A stretch of DNA of 64,000 nt from Chrysomallon squamiferum (Eukaryota; Animalia; Mollusca). Within the stretch, counting starts at the first letter, position 1. Each line of letters starts with the position of its first letter. A program made the translations under genes and the position numbers. This document shows, one piece after another, positions 13,492 through 25,574 of this stretch. A model generated the notes under the pieces. The model was not told where the DNA came from, ran no database searches, and was given only the letters and a program-made list of their open reading frames with translations. The DNA lies in contig CM022665.1 in NCBI GenBank assembly GCA_012295275.1, forward strand, positions 15,376,001-15,440,000, written 5' to 3'.

Positions 13492-14202
13492 CATCATCAT
13501 TTCATTTAAAGTGTAATTTAGATGTGCACATTCAGCACACAATACAAACAAGAAAAAAGTTAAATATTTAATATGATTTTCTATTGGGATAATTAACACA
13601 GATATTATTCTCAATCTGTCACTTCAAATCCTGATAAGAACAGCCTGAAGGCAAAAATATTCACCATCAAGCAAACCATCTGATCTGCTCTGCTTGTAGT
13701 TTATCATGATGGCATTGAGGCCTTTATCCAAAGTATGTTTACCTAGAAATCATACTGGACATGGGCTGACCACACAACAAAGCCATGTGAAGGGGCAGTG
13801 AAATGCCCGACCAGCCATATTGATAATGCATTTGTTTGTCGAAGCCCTCCAGTTCTTAAGATGCAATTTACAAATGTTGATGAAGATAACAAAGCTAATC
13901 TTTTAGAAAGTAGCACCAGTTTGGGTGGCTGATTTCGACCCATTCTTCAGCTTAAGTCAGCGGAATCTTAGTTACATTTAAACGGTTTTGGGGAATTCTC
14001 GGGCCGCTTGATCGAGGGTTAATGGATGAGTGAGAAAATGTGACAAGGGTTAATTTGTCACACTGACATACTTCTGTTAGAGTATTGTTTTTTCTGCATC
14101 ATTAATTCAGAGTCTGCTGCTTCACAAATTTCACTTAATAAAGTGTGAAACATTTTATTGGAAAGGGTCAGTATGTACTTTAGAGTAAATGCACCTTTAC
14201 TC

Positions 14203-14243
<41 letters not shown>

Positions 14244-14287
14244 TTATTTTTCCAGTATTTGTTTAAGAGTGAGAGTGAATGAGACAG

Positions 14288-14345
14288 TGAGTGAGTGAGT
14301 GAGTGAGTGAGTGAGTGAGTGAGTGAGTGAGTGAGTGAGCGAGTG
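14288..14345. repeat. (GAGT)n microsatellite
   Basis: Direct reading. Confidence 0.95.
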
Positions 14346-15406
14346 GGAAAGAATGATATGCACACACATGAATATTTTGTAATTTAATATATAAAATGCT
14401 TCTAAGATGAGAGAACGTTAAAAAGGAGAGAGATGTAAAAAGGAAATGACAAATGAGTCATGTGCCTGGTTGCAGTTTATTTTTTAATCAGCCAAAACCA
14501 TTTAATGTTCATACCAAATCATGCCTTGAAGATCTATTGTTAAGATCTGGTGCATGGAATCTTCTCACTGAAAAGCCCATCATGTTTTTATGACCATTTT
14601 AGTTCTTTGATTACCATAAACTGTTAAAAAAATGATTCTGTCAGGTCAAGGGTCACGGGTCAAATGGCAGAAGACAATGGGTAACTGTTTTCTCAGAGTT
14701 GCTGAAGTGGTCCGGAAGATTTTGTAAATGCAGGAATTTATGTAAATTGTTACATGATCACTGTCCTGGTTTCTCTGTTAACATCTCACCCATTTGTGTT
14801 TCACCAAATGTTTTATTTTGTAGGTGGGTTTTAAAAATATGAGGGATGTTTATTACCTATGCTGTATACATAGGTTGTCTGATTAAACATTATGATACAG
14901 TAGACCTACCACACAAAAAAACAACAGAATAATTTACATTCACACCAGCTAGAAGAATATTTATTACCTGCATTGTATACATGAATTATTTAATTAAACA
15001 AATGGATTTTGTTTATCTTTATGTCACCAGACTAAAAAGAAAAGTAACTGATAAAAGTAACAGTTCACCTGTTTAAGGGATGTTTATTACATCTGTTGTA
15101 TACCTGAACTGATACTATCTGTCTTTGTGTTACTTTGCCAAAAGAAATATGATTGACAAAACTAATGACTCATCTGCTGTATCAACAATCAAGTTTTATC
15201 TCTGAAAGAAATCTGAATAGCTTTGTCTGATAACTGTTAATACACAAAGTATTGTTAATAAATGTATATGTCATATAACAGTAAATTGTTTATTGTCATT
15301 ACCATCATTGTTATGATTATGATTATTGTTGTTATTTATTATTTTTACCATCATCATCATCATCATTAATATAGAGTAAACATTCATTGTTTTGTGATTG
15401 TTACAG

Positions 15407-15511
15407 CTTACTGCTGGAACTGCAGGGTGATATTAAGACAGCTGAAGAATCGTTTGAAACATCTCTTTCATCAACAATGTCTGCTGAAGATCTCAAAACA
15501 CTCTGGATTAA
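15407..15511 (+). CDS. ZFC3H1: ZFC3H1 coding exon 8 in window
   Basis: ttacAG acceptor, aa|GTATGT donor, 105 nt, phase 2/2. LLLELQGDIKTAEESFETSLSSTMSAEDLKTLWI aligns with LQSSIKETVEAYEAALGVAMRCDIVQKIW. Confidence 0.9.
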
Positions 15512-16180
15512 GTATGTTGTATTTATAACAAAATAACAAGATTTGGTCTTCGTCTTATGATGAGAAGAGAAAATGCCAAAAATATTCTGAACAACCATAC
15601 ATTTACTGTGGTATTTTTGTCAGTATTCACTTGCTAATGTATATGCTGTCACATTTTCTTGTCATTTGTTTTTTAAACCATGGTGGTAGTACAGTTAAAT
15701 GCTGGCCATGATAGAGCATCCTGAATTTCCATTATGTTGATTTCAACACTGTAATATAATGAACCTAGTTGTTGAGACAGGTTTTAATTTCATTTTTGAT
15801 TCAGTTCTAACTGACTGACTGTTTCACTGATACCAGCTATTTCTCTTCTTTATAGTATCTGTCATGTTGCCTCATTATAATAGTGTTTATAATACATTTT
15901 ATTTAAAACATTTAATGGAAAAAGAAAACAAAATTTAATATTGCTTAGTTTTTTTTCTCTCAAAAGTCATATTGGCTATAAAATCTGTATTACTGTTACT
16001 ACTATCAGATTTTTATTTATTTATTTATTTTTTATTTTTTATTTATTTTTTTAATGTATTTAGTAATAATTAGTTTAAAAATATTAATGAACCCAAATCT
16101 TTCAGTTTCATTTTTAACATTTTTTATTTATTTATTTATTTATTTATTTATTTTTTATTTTTACTTTTTATTTGTTTCAG

Positions 16181-16438
16181 CTATGCAGATTTCTTGTACA
16201 GGCAGATAGCCACTTGTCCATCTTATACTAAAAAACTGACCAGCATGATGACCAACAGCATTGTTTCCATGCCAACAAAGTTTCAGATCCCTTTCAGCAG
16301 TGAAGATTACTGGTTTGACTATAGTTATGTTAATGAGATGGTGGAAAAGTATATGCTATTCTTTCCACAAGGAGAAAAACTGACAGTTCTGGAAAGTTTT
16401 CTTGAAATGATGCCACTCAACATGGATCTGTTACTCAG
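16181..16438 (+). CDS. ZFC3H1: ZFC3H1 coding exon 9 in window
   Basis: gtttcAG acceptor, cag|GTTAAG donor, 258 nt, phase 2/2. Contains PTKFQIPFSSEDYWFDYSYVN, matching the ZFC3H1 motif PARYPIPFSSADYWSNYEFHN. Confidence 0.95.
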
Positions 16439-16689
16439 GTTAAGAAGCTTTTAACTTTCTGATTATTTATATATTTATTTATTTATTTTTTTGCTGTTTT
16501 AAGTCATTACAATTTGAAGGGAAATTAAAACTTATGTGAAGGGAAAATGATATGGTCCAGTTGAAAGTGCTAGAGTGACAAGCAGTTAGTTACTTAATTA
16601 GTGTTTGTTTATAGTATATGTCTCTTGGGTTATTCTTTTTTTCAGTCAATATATTATATTGCTCTGCATATATGCATGCGTGTGTGTGT

Positions 16690-16732
<43 letters not shown>

Positions 16733-17186
16733 AATACAGTTTTCACATATAGACACATGTAAAATTGATGAAATAAATAAAATACAGATAATAACAAGAA
16801 CAATGACAGTGATATTAATTAAGAAGGTATCTAAATTATTTTTCTTACACCAATACTTGGAATAATAATATTTATTTGGCTGAATTAAAGAACAGAATAT
16901 TTTTTATCATTGAATGTCCTGTTCTAACAAATATTTTGCTTTTTATTTCTGTTTGTTCTGTTTTTTATCTTGCAGAGAATTTCGCTGTAGCAGTGGTAAC
17001 AGTGACATTATTTTTTGTTTTGTCTTAAACCCAAAATAAATGTATGAAAATGAAAAATTATCTTCCGCTTGCACATTTGATTATGCTTTTTATTAATTTG
17101 GTTTTTGTTATTTTTTTTTTCTTTAAAATTTAAATTTAAATTAGACTATTTAAGTAATAAATATTTTAGTTGTTTTATGTGTTCAG

Positions 17187-17288
17187 TTGTCTAAAGGAGG
17201 CTATGAAAAATGGTGAATTTCTGAGAGGTCGAAGTCTTTGTAATACTGCAGCTTTTGAAGAGGTTCCCAATTTATTGTTGTGGAAAGT
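17187..17288 (+). CDS. ZFC3H1: ZFC3H1 coding exon 10 in window
   Basis: gttcAG acceptor, gt|GTGAGT donor, 102 nt, phase 2/2. Encodes CLKEAMKNGEFLRGRSLCNTAAFEEVPNLLLWK. Confidence 0.87.
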
Positions 17289-17535
17289 GTGAGTAGAAAA
17301 TTCCTTTTTATTATTTGTATCAGATTATCCATTAGAATTTTACATGGCTTCATTAATTTTTCTTCCTTTTTGTATTTTTCCAGTGTTATGTCACTGACTT
17401 GAAAAACGATGAAATGTTGGTAATTTTTTTTTTTTTCCCTCTGTTACTTTTATTGATTTATTTTCAATCAAAATGTATATTTGATACTCTCAGAGTTATT
17501 TTGTTTGAAACAGTCACACATTAATTTAATTTCAG

Positions 17536-17575
17536 AATAACAAGTCTTTCACAGAAGGAAGGAACATGTTCAGAG
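17536..17575 (+). CDS. ZFC3H1: ZFC3H1 short coding exon 11 in window
   Basis: tttcAG acceptor, gag|GTTAGT donor, 40 nt, phase 2/0. Encodes ITSLSQKEGTCSE. Needed to join the phases of exons 10 and 12. Confidence 0.82.
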
Positions 17576-18148
17576 GTTAGTTTGCTTACCTGTTCAGCAC
17601 AAATCTTTGAGTGTGTGCCAAGTATTGCTCCTGCCTAAAGTTAAAATAAGAAATAAAATAATAATCTCCAGAAAGAAAAAGAAAAAATAAATTGACCCAA
17701 AAGCTATTTTCTTGTCATTGTTTCTTCACTGATATTTGTAATTATTTAACATAGCAAGAGGTAATTTCAGGTAGATGTTGTTTTAAAAAATAATTAATTA
17801 TTTTGTAGATAAACAATGCTTTATAAGTTACAAATATCTTTTATGTTAATTTAATATTAACTTAAAGTGAAAATTTCAGTTCAAATTATTGTTTTACTTA
17901 TTTAATTGTAATCACTTTGTTAAGGCTTTGATCATCTCTTATTAATTACATTCTAATTTAATGAAAATTTATGTTTTACCTGTTTTAACTGGTTCTTTAT
18001 TTTATAATAATACATTTACATTATTGATTAAAATTTCTGTTTTATAATTTTGATTTAATTTCTCATTACTGCCTATTTTCTGAATTTAACAATTAAGTTT
18101 TAAATTTCCTTTTCTTTTTTTTTTTTCCTCTTCTCAATTTGATTTCAG

Positions 18149-18211
18149 ACAGAGAAGTTTTACTTGAGGGCTGTGCGAGCACTGCCTTATGCAATAACAC
18201 TCTGGAAAGAT
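18149..18211 (+). CDS. ZFC3H1: ZFC3H1 coding exon 12 in window
   Basis: gatttcAG acceptor, gat|GTAATG donor, 63 nt. TEKFYLRAVRALPYAITLWKD matches VHRLYQRALQKLPLCASLWKD. Confidence 0.93.
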
Positions 18212-18358
18212 GTAATGTTATATGATTTCTATAACAGATTTGTTTTGTAAAAGTTCACTAAATAATAATAGAGCTGTACATGTTCAAAGGATGGATCAAT
18301 GAATCAAATGTTTCAATTCATTAATTTTTTGTAGTACTAGTAAATGTTTATTTCTCTC

Positions 18359-18420
<62 letters not shown>

Positions 18421-18824
18421 TGTAATATTTTTAGTTTTTAAGAAATAGGAATAACTTGCCTTTTTTATTTTGTCTGTCTGGTATTGTTTTGTTTTTTTAC
18501 TTTAATGAATAGACATTTTAAAATTTTAAATCTATTCAAGCCATATTTGTTTCATTTTAACAAGATTATTTCTGTCTTTATGTCTGTTTCTGTTGATTTA
18601 GTTCTTCAGCTATTGTTTTCAAATTATTTTAGTTTTTATCTTATTAATTTTAATAAAATTAGTCTGTGATGATATTATTATTATTATTTGTATATTTGTG
18701 TTTGTTCTTGTTTAATGGTCAGTTCTTTCACATGTAATTATAATATTACTTTTTATTCTGTTTCTTTTTAAAAAATGTATTAGTCTCAACAGATAATTAT
18801 AGTTATTAATATGTATTAATGAAG

Positions 18825-18827
<3 letters not shown>

Positions 18828-18877
<50 letters not shown>
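18828..18877. repeat. (CT)n microsatellite in last ZFC3H1 intron
   Basis: Direct reading. Confidence 0.95.
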
Positions 18878-18880
<3 letters not shown>

Positions 18881-18984
18881 ATTTTATTATTAATATTTTT
18901 TGGTCTAAATATATTTATTTATTTTGCATGTATAATTAATTAAAAAGGATTACATCTAATAACATGATTATTTTCTTTTGTCAG

Positions 18985-19098
18985 TTTCTGCTGTATGAAA
19001 TCACTCAAGGAAATTCCGATTCTGCAAGAAAAATACTCACCAGATGTACAAACATTGGACAGAATATTCAGGGATTTATAACCACAATATGCTCTTAA
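18985..19098 (+). CDS. ZFC3H1: ZFC3H1 terminal coding exon (stop TAA 19096-19098)
   Basis: ttttgtcAG acceptor. FLLYEITQGNSDSARKILTRCTNIGQNIQGFITTICS* matches QLLFEASEGGKTDNLRKLVSKCQEIG near the vertebrate C-terminus. Confidence 0.93.
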   Translation, partial: FLLYEITQGNSDSARKILTRCTNIGQNIQGFITTICS

Positions 19099-21421
19099 TT
19101 CTGTTTTAAATTAATTACATTCTTTATTGATAAGTAAAGATAACCATTAGATTAGATTAAATCCAGTTTAAATAAATGATAGAATTTAACAGAGGTTATA
19201 ACCAAATGTTTTCATTTTATTATAAAAGATCTTTAAACCAGTGTAATGTTTATTGAAAATTTTAAAAATATGTGTATAATTATAAGAAATTAAAAAAAAT
19301 TTGGTATGTTAATTCTCAATGTTGTTTATGTCCAGTTATAATCTACAGATATAAATGTTTGTCCAGTTAATAATTATAAATAATTATTAATGCTGATATG
19401 TAAATATATACATTATTTGTAAATGGATATGCAAATGACAACAAATATGTAAAGAACATTTATGTCCATTTAATATGCAAAGATAGTTTTTTTTTCAAGG
19501 TCGTATATTTGTTGTTGGTTACAATATGTAGTAGTTACAGGTTGTAAATAGAGATAATGACGATTTGACTTTCTGGTTTATAAAAGTTCATGATGAAGAA
19601 AACAGTGCATTTGATAAAAAGAAAAGAAGAAGAAGATGATGAAGAAGAAAATGTGAACCATTGCACGTTTCAACTGTACACACAGACTGATGAACCATAT
19701 TTTCAGATAACTGGTATCTTGACCAGTTATTCATGCCACATATCACATCTAAGTTTTTTTAAACAAGCCTGTGCCTTGCTCAATCTGCCACTCTGTATCC
19801 ATGGTAACTGAACTCAATGGAACAGCAGAGAATCATTTGTTGGAGAGAAATTTAAAAACAAAAAACTAATAAAAAAATAAAAAGCCCAGCAGTAACACAG
19901 TGAGTATGTCATACCCTGAACATGGTTTCTAAGTGTACTATAATTGTTTTCATTATGTCATCTAATAGATGATGTTTTCTGTTCTGGAGTATTGTTAAAC
20001 CTTTGTTCAATGTAGATATTCTAGTACAAAACAAAGGAAAATACTTTCAAAACAGTCAGTTATTAACATGTGTATGAAAACATTGTTTTTTGTTTTGTTT
20101 TTCCAATCTTAATTTGTGATTTAGGGTTTTCATAAATGTAGTTTAAATGTTTATTAGAATTGTCTGTTGTTAATAATTATTGGTATTATTAACTTTGTTT
20201 TTAATTTTAAATTAGATTGAGAAAAAAAAAATCAAAACCATGTTCAGGAAGTTTTTGTTTTGTTTTGTTTTGCATGTGATGTTTAGTAGAAATAGTTTGT
20301 TGATTGTGTTGTGTGTGTCTCATGTTTAATGTTAGTTTTTAACTGTTACTTGTACATTTTTTTCTCTCAAAATCATTTCACATTTTTGATACATTCAATA
20401 TGATTAATGTTTAATTTATAACAACATTTTTTTTTTTCTTTTTTTTTTTTTGTGTTTTTTGAAATTACTATTGTATTCAATCTATTTAATTCTTTGAGTT
20501 GAACTTCAGAAGTTTAGATTCAAATCAATCTTTGAGATGTATGAAGTGGATCTCGGAAGTCCACAGACTGGGAGATCTGTTATATAATTGTTGATCCATG
20601 GATTTATAATGTCTCCCCCCCCCCCCAAACAAAAAGTGCCAAAGTCTGCAACTGTTGCTTATTCATTGGAACTGTTTTGTAATTTGTCCAAGACGTAAAG
20701 TGGATCAGAACTGACATGAAACTGGTGCTGAGAGCATGCACCATAGAAACTTTGTCATTTCATGGCCTGGTGCTCATATTATGTGTTTGCAAAACATTTT
20801 AATATTATTATTTTGTTAAATTTAACCTAAATTTACTTAAGTAGATTAGACTTATGATACATAAAATGGCTGGGGGGTTTTTGTGGTGTTTTTTTTTTTT
20901 TTTGTCTTAATATTTATTATTATTAATATTTTATCTGTTGTTGTTGGTTTTTCTTGCATAAATTTTAATGTGCAGAATATGTCACATAATAGAGTTCATT
21001 TATAATATTTAAAAATCTGAAAAGAATTAAAATATAAACAATAGAGTAGATTACTTGAATTGTTGGAATATGTATTGCCTAACTGAAAATGTATTTAAAT
21101 AAAATATTAATTACATGTTATTTTGGTACTGTAAATGATTAATTTATTAATTTATTTTCATATTACTAATATTATATTACTTTTAATAAATAATAACATT
21201 TAAAAATTTAAACTTTGCCATTAACTTTAATTTGAAGTTGTTCAAAGTATTTTTAAATGCTGCTAATATTTTAATATTTATTAAATTCATGTAACAATTG
21301 ATTAAGAAATTATATATTTATCATATATTTATCAATCAGTGTTCTTGGTTCAAAAATAATTTCCTTTTCTCTAAATTTTAATAATACAAATATTTTTAAA
21401 TTTATTAAATTGTTATTGTTG

Positions 21422-21465
<44 letters not shown>

Positions 21466-22553
21466 GCCATTGGTATTATTATTAATAGAAAAAGACCTCT
21501 AAATATAATTCTGACAACATAAAATGACTTGCCAAGCTTATGGATAATACAAATGTTATAATATTGGTTTTCTTAATTATTACCAATAATTTAAAATCAG
21601 TTTTCTTGTTTCATGTTTGTTCTGTTAAAATACATTCTCGTTTGTTTTGTTTCTTCATTATTAAAAAGTCATTTTCAGTGTGATGTGATAATAATAATTA
21701 TTAAAAATAACAATGAATTTCAAGATAAATATATTAAATTACATTTATTTCTAAAGTTGTATGACAAAAAAAGGTTTTTCAGTCTAATAAAATTAAATTA
21801 TATGAATACAAAGTTAACATTTGTATTTTTTTTTTTTTTTTTTTAAGTTTTTAAAGTTGAAGTTTAATCACATGTTCCTGGTAAAATAATTTTTCTAATT
21901 TTAAATAATTTTGTTGCTCTAATAATATATAATTGGATATAAATTAAAACATCTATTGCCATTTATACTTTTACTGTTTCTTTTCATCACAGTTTTTTGT
22001 TTCTCCTTTTTCTTTTTCTTTTTCTTCTTTTTTAATAATTTCATAATTCCAAAACATTTAGTGTTGATTATATTTAATGAATTCTTGTTAAATATTAGTG
22101 ACATCTATTGAACCATTTTTTTTTTAAACATTTTTAACTTTGTTTTACTAATTTATACACTTTGAAGAATTTATCATTCTTATTTTATTATTATTTTTAT
22201 TTTTTTTATTATTTTTTTTAAACTATTACAGTTTTGTGTACTGTTGCTTCATTACATATCATTATACAAAATAAAAAGAATATTAAAAAATAATAATTGG
22301 TTTTGTTTTGTTTTGTTTGTTTGTTTTTTGTATATATATTCTTAGTCATACATCGACTAGTTTGTTGTTGTTGGGTTTTTTTAGTACCTCTTTGTAGTTT
22401 TTCATCATTTCCAATTAGAATACAAAACTGATTAATAATAATAAAACAAATAATAAAAATAAAGCCTGAATAAAGAATTACAGAACAGGACACACTATAT
22501 AGCTCTTAAACTTCCAAGATCAAATGAATTTTGTTATAAAGAAAAAAAATAAA
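19099..22553 (+). other. Probable ZFC3H1 3' UTR / downstream transcribed region; exact poly(A) site unknown
   Basis: Follows the stop codon. T-rich skew and CpG depletion persist to about 22.5 kb. Several AATAAA hexamers occur (e.g. 19171, 21099, 22548). Confidence 0.45.
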
Positions 22554-25064
22554 CGTGATTCTGTAAAAACTAGCACCCACCCCCCCAAAAAAAAAAAAAA
22601 AAAAAAAAAAAATGAATTGATAAACTGAAAAGATAATTAAAGTAAAATAAAAACAATCATAACTATAATTATCTTAAGAAGAAGTAATACAATTGTTGAT
22701 ATTTTGTATGTAATTGGATTGGATATGTAATTATTTCAAAATGCTTAAAAATTTAAGAGGATATAATTTGCATGGCCTATTTACTGCAATGACACAAATA
22801 TAATCCTTGAATGCTTTTTGTTTTAACAAATTGCCTCAACCTTGGAGACAGAAGTCTTAGACTTGTAAGAATATCATTTGGATGACACGAAAGGTCTACT
22901 GAAGGCGCCAGAATCGAGACACGACCCATATAACTTTATGCATTAAAATCATAAACTTTACCATTAGCTAAAAAGAAAGAAATATTTCTTTACACTTTAA
23001 AAAAAGTTTAATAATATCGTTTATAAAGTGTTCCATTTTTTTTCATTACTACTGAAAGTGAAAAGAAGCCAAAACACTCATTGATTAGCAACTGAGGGAG
23101 CTCTGATAAGCAATCGACTCTTCATTTAATAGACTGAAAGGAGAGAAAGGTCCGGAAAATGAGAAATCCAGATTTTGCTAAGGGTGTTAGAAACAGCACA
23201 AATATTAACAGTATAGAATAATGTACAGAACTAAATTTATTTTAAATTCACAGTTTATTACTTAACCCTGATGGGCAACAGACTTGAGTTTGTTTTTCCG
23301 TGATCTTATAATGGTGCAGTTGTCAACAAACAAACACACACAGACATACTAATTAATTAATTAATTAAATAATAATAATAAAAAAAAAACAATGTTGTAT
23401 GTCTAGGGAATCCTAATATAAAACACTGTGCACAGCATGAATGCACATGTGACCATTATAAATAAACAGACTGGCATGATCGAGGAAACATTTTTCGGAC
23501 GCTACACTGTCTACTGGTACCATACTTGATGCCATATTGGAACGGGAAATACCGTAGTAAACATCAGACAAGCTCTCAAAATCATAGAGGTACGAGTTTT
23601 TGGTGTTAGTTGAAGGTAGATCAGTGGTACTGTAACAATATTTTTGTTAAACAGCGCTAAATCGACTGAAACATCTATTTTTCATTTTTCATTTTTATTT
23701 TTATATACTAGCATGCAAAAAGAAGAAAACACAAACCCCTAAAACAGGGAAATTAGAGAAACTGAGACTTCTGAATGTTATGAAAACATTAGAATATGAT
23801 GGGCCGAATTTGCAGTCTTTGTTGGTCCTACATACAATACAAAAATACATGTTTAAGAAAACAGAATAGAACTGGCACTTCTTGTCGGATAAGCGTGCAG
23901 TTATTTGAAACAGTTTCATATAGACAGAAAAACGTTAATTGTGGCTTGAATAGAAGGTGAATGGAATGTTCCATCGTTATAATTGGGTATAAGAAAAATC
24001 TAACTTGGATTAATATTCACAAAAGGTAACAGTCCCAAAAAGTTAACGTGGGTTTCGTTTTCTTTTAATCCTTTTTTAAATTTGCTCTCTTTATTTATAT
24101 TTATTTATTTGTCTGTTTTAAATAAATAAAATAATAAAATAAAATAATTATAAATTAAAAATTAATAAAAATTATTAATAATTCGTGAGTTTAATTTTGT
24201 ATAAATGAAGAACGTGAGTATAAGGAAGACAAATTAAGATCTGACCACGCCACTCCACAACATTAGGAACAAACCCAGTTTATCTTAATATGTATCCACG
24301 TCGCTAATATGTCTAAAACTAACGAGTCTGTTTCATATTATCAAGGCAGTTTACTTCGTAAGTTCCCAGTAGCAATTTAAAAAACAGCATTTGATAAAGC
24401 AACGATCTAATACTGAATAAAATGTTAATTAATAAGAATTTTTCTTTTAATTTCTTTGACATAAAAACTGTAATTTTTAAAAATTATTATTAGTAGTAGT
24501 AGTAGTATTATATATATTTATTTATTTATTTAGCTTATGTTTTTTAATTTTAGAGTACATAGATTATTTTACGTTTATAATAGGCTGTCATAACAATTTT
24601 CAATATTTTCTTTGCTCTTGAAAAGCTATTTGAAATTAATAACCATTAACATAAAACATATTAAGTGTCAAAAAAAAAAAAAAAAAAAACCAACAGAAAA
24701 GAATAATATTTAAATTAAAACAGATTGCATAGAAGAACAAAAAGAAATGGAAACCTTTATACACATAATTCCAAAATAATTGCAGAAATACTTTATTTAT
24801 GAATCACTCTTTGAACACAGGCAATCACTATTTTATTTTCCCATTTCAAAAATAGACACTGTATTATATTTTTTTTTTGTTTTTTTTTTTTGTTGTTATG
24901 GAACAGAGCTACTCTATAAATTATTGTTGTTGTTTTTTTACATTATTTTATTCATTTAAGCTCATTTGTTGTTGTTCGAAAAAAAAAGATTTTAACATAT
25001 ATGTTTAATAAACCGATTATATATATTAACATTTTATCTTGAAGTAATTTAACAAATTGCCCGC

Positions 25065-25574
25065 ATGGGTTAAATTAATGGGTTAGATTAAATCATCTAG
25101 TTGTACTGGTTAAGTTATTTTTACGCAGTGGCTCAATTTAACGATCAGTTACGTGTATTTTCACCAGTTAAATTCATAACAAGTAGGTGTACCTTCACTG
25201 GTAAAATTAACAACAATCCTTGTGTTAAAATAACAGTCATTTAGTTGTTTCTTCAATGGATATATTAACAGTCATTTAGTTGCATCTTCACTAGTTAAAT
25301 TGATAGGCAGTTAATTTTAACACATGAAGATACAACTAACTGACTGTTAAATGAAGATACAACTGACTGTTAATTTAACTAGTGAAGATAAACTAACAGT
25401 AATTTAGTTGTATCTTCACTAGTTAATATAGCTGTCATTTAGTTGTATCTTCACTAGTTAAATTAACAGTCAGTTGTATCATCACTTAACAGTCAGTCAG
25501 TTGTATCTTCACGTGTTAAATTAACAATCAGTTGTACCGTAACTGGTTACATTAATATTCAGTTAGCTGTAGCT
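25065..25574. repeat. Degenerate ~35-bp tandem repeat (approx. CACTRGTTAAATTAACAGTCATTTAGTTGTATCTT) with an internal inversion
   Basis: Recurrent cttcactagttaaattaacagtca...agttgtat units. Units at 25316-25390 are in reverse orientation. Confidence 0.85.
25316..25520. repeat. 75-bp inverted repeat (arms 25316-25390 and 25446-25520, 55-bp spacer)
   Basis: The reverse complement of the left arm matches the right arm with 4 substitutions by manual alignment. Confidence 0.9.

Noticed and set aside
14015-14054. piggyBac-like AGGG-TTAA ends
   Set aside because: No matching TTAA-CCCT left end was found upstream.
19586-19695. C/D-box snoRNA-like layout (GTTCA-TGATGA...CTGA-TGAAC)
   Set aside because: The stem abuts box C with no K-turn bulge, the interior is GAA low-complexity, no rRNA-antisense guide was recognised, and it lies in the 3' UTR rather than an intron.
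19590-19811. 73-aa ORF downstream of the ZFC3H1 stop
   Set aside because: Driven by a GAA/GAT-rich tract in the 3' UTR; no homology recognised.
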